64,000 bases of DNA from Selaginella moellendorffii (GCF_000143415.4 NW_003314272.1:2319728-2383727); one strand, 5' to 3'; counted from the first letter of the stretch, positions 36,084 through 48,957 are shown. The notes: generated by a model from the letters alone, not told the origin. Numbers and translations: made by a program.

Positions 36084-37140
36084 CTAAAAATTTTAATTTT
36101 TACCTACCATAACTATCAACATGTTGTTGAAATTTTATTATAAGATGAATAATATCATTTGGCTTAATTTTAAAAGTTGTAACCTTCTGTTGTCAAACCA
36201 TAGATAAAATAATATTTTCATTAAGAAAATTTTGTAAAATATCTATAATTTTTTATTGCAATGTTGTTTTTATAACTTTTGATAAAGTGATATCTTCCTT
36301 CTCAAAGTTCATATTAATATTTAAATTTTTTTTAGTGTAAATTACCTTTATAGTAGTCTTTAGCTGAATTTTTTTTAATGTTGCACATTTCAATGAATAA
36401 CTTCTTGCTCAAAGTTTTACAAGTATTTTAAAATTGTAATTAATATGTGAATTACCTTTGTCATAGCTTCCAAGTCATGTTCTTCAAAATCTTGTTAACA
36501 ATAAAAATAAGTCATCTATCCTAAGTTTTAAGATTGCATACGAATATGATAGTTGAGCCTTGTAGTCTAGTTAATTTACTTTTCTTGTTTGATATAATAA
36601 CTTTTGCTTCATGCTTATAAAAGTTTCTTTTGGTTGCTTATAGATAATTACATTAAATCAGAAAAGCCCAATCACTATGTCTTTCACCTTCGACAACAAA
36701 ATACTATATAGCTAGATCTGAAGAAGATTATATATAGAATTTGTGAGTATTATCTTTGTTGAATTTTACTTAAAAGTTGTTAATATTTCTTGCTTTAACA
36801 ATCGCACCATTGATTAGTTTTTTGTATGCATAGATTCAAATAAAACCATGATTTTTATAATAATTAGTAAATTAGTAGCTCATATGAACCTTAGTAGTAA
36901 ATTAATGAATTTCTTAATTTATCCTTCAATTACGAATATATATATATTTTTTAGACAAGAGTATAACCTTTATATTTGCATGGAATGCCTCAATCAAAAT
37001 ATTGGTCTACTTTGAGCAACAACAACCCACATATCTATCCAATATAAAGAAAAAAAAATTATAAAAATAAAAAAATTAATTCACTAACTAACTGTAAGCG
37101 ACTAAATTTTTAATTCTAATTTAATCACTTAATTATCTTG
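36084..37140 (-). mobile_element. Degenerate MULE-like transposon relic with an eroded SWIM zinc finger (copy 1)
   Basis: Very AT-rich; minus frame near 36600-36680 reads C-N-Y-L-*-A-T-K-R-N-F-Y-K-H-E-A-K, which is CxC...CKH after G>A changes; boundaries approximate. Confidence 0.55.
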
Positions 37141-37285
37141 GAAGAATCTCACCATAAGTCCTGGTTTAGAAGCTTGTGTCCAATTTATTATCTGCACTAG
37201 GATGTTCTACATTGTCTAGATAAAAAAAGCAAAAGCTGATTTTTTCTTGTTCTTTTCGAAAAGTTCTACTGTTTTGTTCTTCAGG

Positions 37286-37562
37286 TTTGGTTCATCAGGA
37301 CATTCACATGGACAATGTGATCTGTAACTATTCATCAACAAGGAATTTTATATTGATTGATCTCGAAATGGTTGGAGAGCCAAGTGATGTTGGCAAGTCT
37401 TTTCTGACCGGCTGGACACAAACGACTCTGATGGAAGGCTGCTGTTACACCTTCAGATCAGATCTTCATCAGCTTGGGCTGCTGCTGGAGAAAACGGTGG
37501 TCCCTTTGTCTTTGTTGGCTTGGGATTTTATCAGCCAGCTCAAATCTCATGTGCAGCAGTAA
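37286..37562 (+). pseudogene. Kinase-like C-terminal fragment (copy 1)
   Basis: LVHQDIHMDNVI...FILIDLE...SDLHQLG after an acceptor AG; 5' part missing next to the TE relic. Confidence 0.6.
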
Positions 37563-37941
37563 ATTTTGTGATAATTCATAACAAATTGTAGCAGATTGCT
37601 AATGCTAATATGTTTCTGACAGTGTTTCCGTGACGACTGTGAGGCAACACGTGTGACGACTTGAGGCAACACGAGTGGCTTGTTGCTGGCAATACAAACA
37701 GCAAGAACAATTAGTTGAAAACACTGTTTGAGACATATTAGCTTTTGTATATTTTTTATTCCTCGAGTCCAGGCTCTCGGAACAGTTCTACACCAAGCTC
37801 TACACGAAGATGGAAAAAATGATAAAAATCTCACTTTGACATCGTGTTCGTGATTTTTATGCCTTCTTAATTATCAGATGCCACAAGAGATTTAGCATAG
37901 CGAATCCATTCCAGAATCTTTATTCAGAGGAATAAACGAGA

Positions 37942-38697
37942 TCACTGATCTTGACGAGAAGGCAAGGCTGCGGTGATCTTTCTAGCCAGATCCACAACCT
38001 CCTTGCTTGCTTTCCCCACGCTGCCCGAATCGAATGGCGGCTGGGGATCATACTCAATCGCCAGTTGGACAGCCTTGGCCATTGTTTCATCTGCTAGCAA
38101 GGCTGCCACCTCCAAATTCGAGTCGATCCCAGCCGACACGCCGGCGGACATGATAATCTTCCCCTGCATCCCACGAATTGAGCTCATTAGCCCACCAGAA
38201 AACGAATCTAGCGAACTCACCTGACGTATATATCTCTGATGAACAGGAGTAACTCCATAAGAAGCGAGGCTGTCAAAAGCTGCCCAGTGCGTCGTCCCCT
38301 TGAGGCCATGGAGGATTCCAGCAGCTCCCAAGAGGAGCGCTCCAGTGCACACAGAAGTGGTGTACAGGCTTGTTTTGTGAACCTGTGAAACCAAAGCGAT
38401 CAATTACAACCAGGGCCGCGAGGTTCTTTCCATTACCTTGACAATGTAATCGAGAAAAGCCTTGTTCGTCAGAGGGAGGTCAAAACCGCCAGGAACCACG
38501 AGCACATCGGGGCTTGGAACTTGCTCGAAACAAACCGGGGCTTCCACTCGCAGATGACCATCATCGGCAAGGTACAGGCCAGCAGTCTCGCTCACGAATT
38601 CCACCCGCACCCCCGGAATTCTGTGTAGAACTTCGTAAGGCCCGATCGCATCCAGGGCTGTGAACCCGTTGAATATGGGAATTGCCACCACAACCAT
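37942..38697 (-). CDS. Isocyanide hydratase-like DJ-1 protein, copy B1, 214 aa
   Basis: Exons 38697-38437, 38382-38221, 38163-37942; LDAIGP, SVCTGA, TTHW, EYDPQPPFDSGS; in-frame 2-aa shorter loop (GGFDLP) than copy B2. Confidence 0.88.
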
Positions 38698-39068
38698 CGC
38701 TTATCCCACTTATGATCTCGTCGCAAGACTGCTGTTTTATTCTCTCTTGCAGGGTAGTTGCGTAGCCGGAATTGTTACTGAAAGTTCACAGAAACTCACG
38801 TCAACCACTCTTCAAGACAATGAAACTGGCCAAACCTGGAGCACGAGGGCCAAAAGAATCAAATCGATTGTATCGAATCTACACAATGAAAGTAATAATT
38901 AACAAATAAAAGCAGCAATTTACAACTTACCAAAACAATATTTCCAGACGAATGAACTGTAAAATTGACAGGACACGTACCAGTTAATTTTGCATATCCA
39001 GGCAAGGAATATATAAGAAAAAAACATCCGGATGCCTCGAGCTGCAAAAGCAACTGGAAAACTTTCTA

Positions 39069-40325
39069 TCAGGATTTGGAATAGACCCTCCTGTGGCCTC
39101 TAACTCCTGAAATGTCAGCTTCTAAACCACCATCACTTTCAAACCCGGTGTTAAAAGCTGAAGAATGAAAATCGCTTTGCGGGCTCCTTGCACCCAACCC
39201 TGAGTTTTGAGCCTTTTCTCTTTCCTCGGATTCTTTCAGCAAGAAATCGATCCAAAGGTCCGCAAATGACTGCACGAAAACAGAATTGAATAGGAAAATA
39301 CCATGAACAAGATTACCTGATCATTGCTTGTCGTAAAAGACGAATTGTCATTACCGCCAGATAAGATACCTCCGACGACACGCCCTGGGAGGCCAAAAAC
39401 GCTTCTCATAACACCCGGTTTCCCAGAATTTTGATGAGCGAGTCCAACCCTTCGTTTGTCATCGTCGGAGAACCCCAGCATACGGGCCATTAAATCAAGA
39501 ACCTGTTAGAAATATTAGAAAAGTCAGAATTTCAAAAAGCTCCAACTACCTCGTGGTTATGTCCTCTCTCAAAATATGTCACGAGCAATTTGATAACAAT
39601 GCGCCTAAAAGAAGAAATTTAGCCAGTACATGATACGAACCTCTTTACCTGTCTACGGAATAATCTGAATCTGAAGACATCCTGTTTAGACGGATCATGC
39701 TTTCTTCCAGAGCACGGCGTAACCTGCATTTTCTGTGTTTTTTGTTGATTTTCAAGCCCTTTTCGTTCCTCGACGTGTACTTTCTCTACAACTTCTTTCT
39801 TCTGTGCTTCTACTACCTCAACCATCCGCTTTGCTGCCTGTTGAACAAATATGTAAGTTGAATCTTTCATTGACCGACTACTTACTTCCAAACTGTCCGA
39901 AAACTTCCTGAGATCTTCCTTTGCAGTATTGAGTTCTCGTTGAATGCGCTCCTGCAATAATCAACTTAAGCAGCTTCCCAATCGATCAAGAGTACCTTCG
40001 CATCAGTTTCTGCATAGTACTGCCCAAGTGCCACTTGGAGATTGGCTATCTCCTTGTCTCTAGCCTCCAAGACGGAATAAGAGTTCACAAGCTTAGACTT
40101 TAGAGATTCAATCTCCACCTTCGATGCCTGCAAATCTTCATTCGATCTTTTACTGGTATCAGTTTGAGAAGATAAAGCCTGCGCTAACGCTTGCTCCAGC
40201 TGTATGACACGGGCACAAGTTGCTGAAAATTTTCCCTCAAGTATAGCAATCTGCTCGCTATCTCGGTCCATTTTTTCTGAGTCGGCATTTTCCTGTTTAC
40301 AATCCAGCGTTAAAACAATGAAACC
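39069..40325 (-). pseudogene. 5'-truncated duplicate of the golgin gene
   Basis: Copy of 44784-46052 lacking the N-terminal exons; 14-bp deletion near 39726 shifts the frame. Confidence 0.85.
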
Positions 40326-41586
40326 AGACGGTGTGTCATGGACGGTGCTCATCACAGCCTTGGGCCATAGCCAGCAGAGCTCGAGCGCGGAGCTCGTGTT
40401 GAGCAAAATGCCGCAGGTGTCGGAGATCTCCTGGAACGCTCTCCTCTCGGCCCACGCTCGCGAACGATGCTCGCCATCGATCGAGAAGGACCTTCACGGG
40501 CCCTGGAGCATCTTCAAGAACAGGATGGAGAGGAGGGACGATCTCTCGTGGACGATAATGGTATCCGCCTTCGCGGACTCGTCCACGCCTGAGAAATCTC
40601 GCCGGGTCTTCGATCGAATGCCACAGTGGAGCTTGCTGTCGTGGAATGCGCTGCTACGATCTTACGTCCAGGCCGGTCGCATCACAGAGGGAGTGTGGAT
40701 CTTCTCGCGTGCCATGCCGCAGCGCAACAGCTTCTCCTGGAACATCCTCATTGCGGCTCTCTCTCAGAGCAGCCACCTCGGCGATGCGAGGGAGCTCTTT
40801 GCCGCCATGCCCGCTCGTAGCATTGTGTCGTGGAACTCGATGATCCAGGCGCTGGCCCTCAATGGCGAGCCACGGGCCGCCATCGCGCTTTACTGCGGCA
40901 TGGACCAGGAAGGCATCCCTCCCAGTGATGCCACCTTTGCGAGCATCCTCGAGGCGTGCTCCATTGCCTCGGCGCTCGAGCAAGGCATGGAAATCCACCG
41001 GGATATCGCCATTGCCAATCTGGTGATCAAGGCTTCGCTCGCAAGCGCACTCGTCAACTTCTATGGCCAGTGTGGCGGCGGCCTGGATCGAGCCCGGGAG
41101 ATCTTCCACGGGGCTCCTCCTGCAGCGGTGTCGGGGTGGAATGCGATGGTCGCAGCGCTGGCGAGGCATGGGCATGGCCATCAAGCGGTGGAGCTCTTCA
41201 TCCGGATGCTGCTCGAGGGAATGGAGCTGGACAGTGTCGCATTCCTGGGAATTCTCACTGCCTGTGGCTACGCGGGGATGGTGGAGGAGGCGAGGGAGCT
41301 ATTCGTCCTTATGGCGGAGCATGGGATCGCCGCTGGAGCCGAGCACTACCACTGCCTAGTGGAGGTGGTGTGCCGGGCGGGGGAGCTCGAGCGAGGTGTG
41401 GAGCTGACTGTAAGCATGCCTTTCCATCCGGGCGTGATTCCATGGAACATGATACTAAACGTGTGCAGCACTGTTCTGGTGGATGGGAAAGTTGGCGCCT
41501 GGGTTGGGGGCGAGATTATGTTGCTGGAACCCGTGGAGTCTGCGCCGTATGTGATGCTCTCCAACCTTTCCACTGCCTGCATTTAG
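40318..41586 (+). CDS. Truncated duplicate PLS-E PPR ORF with a new start at the duplication junction (422 aa; gene or pseudogene)
   Basis: ATG AAA CCA GAC GGT GTG TCA TGG in frame with the copied PPR half; about 8 substitutions versus the parent, no stops. Confidence 0.55.
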   Translation: MKPDGVSWTVLITALGHSQQSSSAELVLSKMPQVSEISWNALLSAHARERCSPSIEKDLHGPWSIFKNRMERRDDLSWTIMVSAFADSSTPEKSRRVFDRMPQWSLLSWNALLRSYVQAGRITEGVWIFSRAMPQRNSFSWNILIAALSQSSHLGDARELFAAMPARSIVSWNSMIQALALNGEPRAAIALYCGMDQEGIPPSDATFASILEACSIASALEQGMEIHRDIAIANLVIKASLASALVNFYGQCGGGLDRAREIFHGAPPAAVSGWNAMVAALARHGHGHQAVELFIRMLLEGMELDSVAFLGILTACGYAGMVEEARELFVLMAEHGIAAGAEHYHCLVEVVCRAGELERGVELTVSMPFHPGVIPWNMILNVCSTVLVDGKVGAWVGGEIMLLEPVESAPYVMLSNLSTACI

Positions 41587-41749
41587 CTATAATTATTTGA
41601 GCTCCACTGGCACTAAGAAATCCTTCTCACCTTGACATGGATGATCTTCTTTGTCTCAGCTTTGAAAGGGTTTTCCATCTCGGCAGGATATAATTATTTG
41701 AGCTCCACTAGTGATGAGGTGATGGCAGCAGCAGCCACCACTCTGGACT

Positions 41750-42840
41750 ACTAAAATTTTATATTTTTACCTATAATTCTTTCCACCAAAGGTTTTGACT
41801 ACTTTAAAGATGTACTATAACTATCAATATGTTGTTGAAATTTTAATATAGGATGAATAATATCATTTAGCTTCTATTGTATCATTTTTAAATTGTTATT
41901 AAATCATAGATAAAATAATATTTTCATTAAGAAAATTTTGTAAGATATCCATCATCTTTTACTGCAATGTTGCTTTTATAACTTTTGATAAAGTGATATC
42001 TTCCTGCTCCATATTTAAATTTTTTTTAGTATAAATTACCTTTATAGTAGTCTTTAGTTGAATTCTTTTTAATGCTGCACATTTCAATGAATATTTTCCT
42101 GCTCAAATTTTTATAAGTATTTTAAAATTATAATTAATAAGTGAATTACCTTTGTTATAGCTTCCAAGTCAAGTTTTTTAAAATCTTGTTAACAATAAAA
42201 TAAGTCATCTGACCCAGGTTTTAAGATTGTATATAAATGTGATAGTTGAGTTTCATAGTCTAGTTAATTTACTCTTCTTGTTTGATATAATAACTTTTGC
42301 TTCATGCTTATAAAAGTTTCTTTTGGTTGCCCATATATAATTATACTAAGTTAGAAAAGCTCAATCACTGTGTTTTTTACTTTTGACAACAAAATACCAT
42401 ATAACTGGATCTGAAGAGGATTATACATGGAATTTGTGAGTATTGTCCTTGTCAAATTTTATTTGAAAGTTGTTAATATTTCTTGCTTTAACAATCACAC
42501 CATCGATTAGCTTTTTGTATGCATAGATTCGAATAAAACCATGATCTTTATAATAATTAATAAATCAATACCTCATATGAACCTTAGTAATAAATTAGTG
42601 AATTGCCCCATCTATCCTTCAATTATGAATATATATATTTTTTAGACGAGAGTATAACCTTTATATTTGCATGGAATGCCTCAATCAAAATATTTGTCTA
42701 CTTCGAGCAGCAACAACCCACATATCTATTAAATATATATTAAAATAAATTATAAAAATCAAAAATTAGTTCATTTACCAACTGTAAACAACTAAATTTT
42801 TAATTCTAATTTAATCACTTAATCATGTTGGAAGAATCTC
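41750..42840 (-). mobile_element. Degenerate MULE-like/SWIM relic (copy 2)
   Basis: Minus frame FHV*SSSDPVIWYFV...YNYIWATKRNFYKHEAKV; paralogous to 36084-37140. Confidence 0.55.
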
Positions 42841-42990
42841 ACTGTTAACCTCCATAAGTCTTGGTTTAGAAGCTTGTGTCCAATCTATTATCTGCACTAG
42901 GATGTTCTACACTGTCTGGGTAAAAAAAGCAAAAGCTGATTTTTTCCTGTTCTTTTCTTTTTGAAAAGCTGTACTGTTTTGTTCTTCAGG

Positions 42991-43266
42991 TTTGGTTCAT
43001 CAGGACATTCACATGGACAACGTGATCCGTGACTATTTATCAACAAGGAATTTTATATTGATTGATCTCAATTGGTTGGAGAGCCAAGTGATGTTGGTGA
43101 GTCTTTTCTGACCGGCTGAACACAAACGATTCTGAGGGAAGGCTGCTATTACACCTTCGGATCAGATCTTCATCAGCTTGGGCTGCTGCTGGAGAAAACA
43201 GCAGTCCCTCTGTCTCTGTTGGCTTGGGATTTTATCAGCCAGCTCAAATCTCATGGGCAGAAGTAA
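42991..43266 (+). pseudogene. Kinase-like fragment (copy 2), frameshifted
   Basis: 1-bp loss after IDL and TGG>TGA relative to copy 1. Confidence 0.65.
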
Positions 43267-43645
43267 ATTTTGTGATAATTCATAACAAATTGTAGCAAAT
43301 TGCTGATGCTAATATGTTTCTGACAGTGTTTCTGTGACGACTGTGAGGCAACACGTGTGACAACTTGAGGCAACACGAGTGGCTTGTTGCTGGCAATACA
43401 AACAGCAAGAACAATTAGCTGAGCACACTGTTTGAGACATATTAGCTTCTGTATATTTTTGATTCCTCGAGTCCAGGCTCTCGGAACAGTTCTACACCAA
43501 GCTCTACACGAAGATGGAAAAAATGATAAAAATCTCACTTTGACATCGTGTTCGTGATTTTTATGCCTTCTTAATTATCAGATGCCACAAGAGATTTAGC
43601 ATAGCGAATCCATTCGAGAATCTTTATTCAGAGGAATAAACGAGA

Positions 43646-44407
43646 TCACTGATTTTGAAGAGAAGGCAAGGCTGCGGTGATCTTTCTAGCCAGATCCACA
43701 ACCTCCTTGCTTGCTTTCCCCACGCTGCCCGAATCGAATGGCGGCTGGGGATCATACTCAATCGCCAGTTGGACAGCCTTGGCCATTGTTTCATCTGCTA
43801 GCAAGGCTGCCACCTCCAAATTCGAGTCGATCCCAGCCGACACGCCGGCGGACATGATAATCTTCCCCTGCATCCCACGAATTGAGCTCATTAGCCCACC
43901 AGAAAACGAATCTAGCGAACTCACCTGACGTATATATCTCTGATGAACAGGAGTAACTCCATAAGAAGCGAGGTTGTCAAAAGCTGCCCAGTGCGTCGTC
44001 CCCTTGAGGCCATGGAGGATTCCAGCAGCTCCCAAGAGGAGCGCTCCAGTGCACACAGAAGTGGTGTACAGGCTTGTTTTGTGAACCTGTGAAACCAAAG
44101 CAATCAATCACAACCAGGGCCGCGAGGTTCTTTCCATTACCTTGACAATGTAATCGAGAAAAGCCTTGTTCGTCAGAGGGAGGTTCTTGACAGGACCGCC
44201 AGGAACCACGAGCACATCGGGGCTTGGAACTTGCTCGAAACAAACCGGGGCTTCCACTCGCAGATGACCATCATCGGCAAGGTACAGGCCAGCAGTCTCG
44301 CTCACAAATTCCACCCGCACCCCCGGAATTCTGTGTAGAACTTCGTAAGGCCCGATCGCATCCAGGGCTGTGAACCCGTTGAATATGGGAATTGCCACCA
44401 CAACCAT
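43646..44407 (-). CDS. Isocyanide hydratase-like DJ-1 protein, copy B2
   Basis: Same three-exon structure and motifs as copy B1; GGPVKNLP loop. Confidence 0.9.
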
Positions 44408-44783
44408 CGCTTATCCCACTTATGATCTCGTTGCAAGACCGCTGTTTTATTCTCTCTTGCAGGGTAGTTGCGTAGCCGGAATTGTTACTGAAAGTTCACA
44501 GAAACCCACATCAACGCCGTCACGCTTGAAGACAATGAAATTGGCCAAACCTGGAGCACGAGAGCCAAAAGAATCAAATCGATTGTATCGAATCTACACA
44601 ATGAAAGTAATAGTTAACAAACAAAAGCAGCAATTTACGACTAAACAAAACAATATTTCCAGACGAATCAACTGTAAAATTGACAGGACACGTACCAGTT
44701 AATTTTGCATATCCAGGCAAGGAATATATAAGAAAAAAACATCCGGATGCCTCGAGCTGCAAGAGCAACTGGAAAACTTTCTA

Positions 44784-47169
44784 TCAGGATTTGGAATAGA
44801 CCCTCCTGTGGCCTCTAACTCCTGAAATGTCAGCTTCTAAACCACCATCACTTTCAAACCCGGTGTTAAAAGCTGAAGAATGAAAATCGCTTTGCGGGCT
44901 TCTTGCACCCAACCCTGAGTTTTGAGCCTTTTCTCTTTCCTCGGATTCTTTCAGCAAGAAATCGATCCAAAGGTCCGCAAATGACTGCACGAAAACAGAA
45001 TTGAATAGGAAAATACCATGAACAAGATTACCTGATCATTGCTTGTCGTAAAAGACGAATTGTCATTACCGCCAGATAAGATACCTCCGACGACACGCCT
45101 TGGGAGGCCAAAAACGCTTCTCATAACACCCGGTTTCCCAGAATTTTGATGAGCGAGTCCAACCCTTCGTTTATCATCGTCGGAGAACCCCAGCATACGG
45201 GCCATTAAATCAAGAACCTGTTAGAAATATTAGAAAGTCAGAATTTCAAAAAGCTCCAACTACCTCGCGGTTATGTCCTCTCTCAAAATATGTCACGAGC
45301 AATTTGATGACAATGCGCCTAAAAGAAGAAATTTAGCCAGTACATGATACGAACCTCTTTACCTGTCTACGGAATAATCTGAATCTGAAGACATCCTGTT
45401 TAGACGGATCATGCTTTCTTCCAGAGCACGGCGTAACCTGATCATGTCTTCTTGCATTTTCTGTGTTTTTTGTTGATTTTCAAGCCCTTGTCGTTCCTCG
45501 ATGTGTAGTTTCTCTACAGCTTCTTTCTTCTGTGCTTCTACTACCTCAACCATCCGCTTTGCTGCCTGTTGAACAAATATGTAAGTTGAATCTTCCATTG
45601 ACCGACTACTTACTTCCAAACTGTCCGAAAACTTCCTGAGATCTTCCTTTGCAGTATTGAGTTCTCGTTGAAGGCGCTCCTGCAATAATCAACTTAAGCA
45701 GCTTCCCAATCGATCAAGAGTACCTTCGCATCAGTTTCTGCATAGTACTGCCCAAGTGCCACTTGGAGATTGGCTATCTCCTTGTCTCTAGCCTCCAAGA
45801 CGGAATAAGAGTTCACAAGCTTAGACTTTAGAGATTCAATCTCCACCTTCGATGCCTGCAAATCTTCATTCAATCGTTTACTGGTATCAGTTTGAGAAGA
45901 TAAAGCCTGCGCTAACGCTTGCTCCAGCTGTATAACACGGGCACAAGTTGCTGAAAATTTTCCTTCAAGTATAGCAATCTGCTCGCTATCTCGGTCCATT
46001 TTTTCTGAGTCGGCATTTTCCTGTTTACAATCCAGCGTTAAAACAATGAAACAGACATGCTCTCGTACCTTATCCAAAAGGTGCTGCTTTAACCTGTTGA
46101 GGTTGTTAAGAGCTTTATCCTTCTCCAATGTGACAGCCTCGAGCTTCTTTCTGAAGTCGTTCCTCTCATTCTCGAGAATTTCCTCCGCGGTTCGCAGTTG
46201 CACTGAAAGGACATCCGCCTACAAGCATACAGCATTTGCTTTTAGCTACTTATCCCTCTAGAGAACATACCTGTTGAGCTTGAGCTCTCAACATTTCAAT
46301 CTGGACAACCTCTGGTTCACTCGTCGTTTTTTCTGCAGAAGTAGCTTGCTGCTGCAGTTCAAGCTCGCGTGAATCTAAAGCCTTTTTCAGCTGTTCCTTT
46401 TCTGCCTACATACACATATCTATAGAAAAGAAAAGAAAAACATATAACACTATACCTGGAAGAGACTGCGCTCGGTCGTCAGTGCTGATATTGATTCTCG
46501 AAGCTGACTGATTGTTTCGTCCCTCTCTTGTAACTCCCTTTGTAGTTTCTCAGCATCTGGTTGAGTAGCAGTCCTCTCATCATGATTTCCCAGACAGCCA
46601 CTTTGTTGGAAACTATGTAACTCCAAACGAGCTTTCTCCAGTTCTATCGTAAGCCTCTCCAGCTCTTGCTGCGCACTACGATGGCTGTTATCTAGGTCCC
46701 GGAACGCTTGTTCCTTGCCCCGCATTTGATCTAGCAGCTCCTGGAATCTAAAGTTTACCACTACAAAAGCAAAAGAAACCACATACCTTCTCGCGATTCG
46801 CAAGATCCTGACACTTCCTCTGGCTCTCCAGCAAGCGTGACTCGTAGTCCCCGAAATCGTCTGCTCCCACGCCGTTCCTTTCCTTGTAATCCCGATTCCT
46901 CCAAGAGCGATGATCAAAATTCTGGAAACCATCCTCAGATCTCCGCCGGCTGTGGAATCCTCTGCCGGCCTGCGCACAAAATCCTCAGCCCTGGATCACA
47001 ATCCGGCCACACTCGCCCATACCTGCTGCGATCTGGAGCTGCCAGACACCGCCGGCGAAGAATCTCCCTCCTCGTCCTCCTCGCGATGCGCCTTCGGATC
47101 GAGCTCCTCGACCGTCTCGAGCACCTCGGACGCCATCTGGGAGAGATTCTCCTTGAAATTCTTCCACAT
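44784..47169 (-). CDS. GC4: Golgin candidate 3/4-like (GMAP-210-type, GRAB domain) coiled-coil protein
   Basis: MWKNFKENLSQMASEV, NLQVALGQYYAE, RRIVIKLLVTYFER..EVLDLMARMLGFSDDDKRRVG, SFADLWIDFLLKE. Confidence 0.88.
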
Positions 47170-47353
47170 TGTGGCAGATCTGGATGGAAGGAAGGAGAGC
47201 TGGCGCCTGGCGCAACCCAAAAACCCTAACTCTAGGCAACAAAATAGATACACTTATTCTAAGAATTATTCTCGATCGCTCCCTATAAGAGAGATAAAAA
47301 GGACGTAGGGAGAAAAAAATATGGAAAGAAGAACAAAAGAATCGATCGATGGA

Positions 47354-48634
47354 TCAAGTCTTGTTGCTCACAAGCTCTTCGTCGTCCTCGCTACTAACAC
47401 TGTTCTTAGAGACTTTGATGGGAAGGACGTAGGCTCTCTTCTCTTTGCCGCCGGGCTTGGACGACGCGTTGCCATACCACACCATTCCCACCACCGCCAT
47501 GAGCATTCCCAGCACCACCTGGAGATTAAGTCCCTGGCGGCCGAAGAGGAAAAATCCCAGCACCAGCACCAGCACCGTCTTCATGTGTCCCAGCACCTGG
47601 AACGACACCGCCGTGAACCTCCCAATGCAGATGAACTGGCTGAGGTTGGTTCCCACGGCGATGGAACACGAGAGGATGATGAAAAACTGCAAAAGAATTC
47701 CCAACGAGTTTGAGAAGCTGGATCGATGGAATGAGATAAAAAGAAAAACAGCTAAGCTACACTTACCAGTGAAGGGAAGGAGAATTGAAACAAGTCGACT
47801 CGCAGGCCAGTGAGCCAGTAGTCGATTATGGGGCCGCAAAGGATGAGCGAGCCGGCTTGGACGGGAGCGGTGTGGCCCAGGAGATCGAAGGAGCCGAGGG
47901 CGTATTTCTTTTGCAAAAAGTGCACGTACTGCAGTAAACAAACAAGAGTGGATCAATGAAAAGTGTCTTCTGAAACACTTACATATTGCTGGAGTGCTGT
48001 GCTCCACACTGCTATGGCGGCCGCCACGAATCCTTTCGTGTTGACACTCACGTCGCTGACCGTGCAGATTCCCACTCCTAGCAACACCACCACGATGCTT
48101 AGCTTTGTGTCTCGCGAGTAGCGTATCTTGTCGAAAAGGACCTCGAGAAGGCAAGAGACGGGGATCATACTGAGCTTTGCAATCTGCGCAAGGAGGCACA
48201 AGAACTCAGGCTCTAGAAAAGAGCAAAGACAAGCTTACCTGGTAGAAGCCAACGGAGTTCCACATCAGGCTGACGTTCATGCCGACGATGGAGAAGTTTG
48301 CGCAAAGAGCAAACTTTGCGAGATCGACGAATGGCAAGTGGGTCGGTTGGATAAAACCCAGGAATCTGAGCACCAGAGTCATTAGCGTGGTCATTCCAAA
48401 ATGCAGGCCCGTCAGTGTCGTGGCTGCAAAAACGAAAGGCAAAACAACAAAAAACTTCAGCACCAGATAGATCAGAAACGAGCAGATCCAAACTTTCCAC
48501 TGACCGAAGCTAAAGCCGTAGTGGTCCATGAGCTTCTTGTTCACCATGATGATCCCCACAGACGTAGTCACATTGAAGAGCCAAGCGCCCACATCGGCCA
48601 CTGCCTTCCTATCCTTGCTGCTCGTCGGAGCCAT
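47354..48634 (-). CDS. URGT: UDP-rhamnose/UDP-galactose transporter (NST-KT family)
   Basis: [60 protein letters not shown]. Confidence 0.9.
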
Positions 48635-48957
48635 TTCTGCGAGCCTACCCAGAAGAGAAGCCAAGATCTAGCGTCGCAGATCCACCACCATTGGCCAGAT
48701 TCCTCGAAACCCAACGAGATCCAATGCCAATTCTCCGCTACCGCTCCACCATTTCGCTCCTCACTCAGCTGTCCCTTTATCCTTTACCCTAAAAGCAGTG
48801 TGAGACCATTTTTGAGACCAGCTGTTTCTATGTACCTATAGTTATAAGCTTGGCAGTTGGTTCACGCTCTTCCAAACGGTTATCTCTCCTCCTCCTCGTC
48901 CTCCTCCTGGGATTTTCGATGAGGTGAAGATCATGAAATATTTAGGATGGGACCTTG

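Larger units (their letters stand above)
34653..46052 (+). repeat. Tandem segmental duplication: unit 1 34653-40325, unit 2 40326-46052
   Basis: Collinear near-identical blocks (PPR 3' half, AT-rich TE relic, kinase relic, isocyanide-hydratase-like gene, golgin 3' half); AGACAT microhomology at both outer ends. Confidence 0.95.

Noticed and set aside
40204-40317. N-terminal extension of the 460-aa chimeric ORF
   Set aside because: It is the antisense of a golgin exon; there is no evidence it is translated, so the junction-proximal ATG was modelled instead
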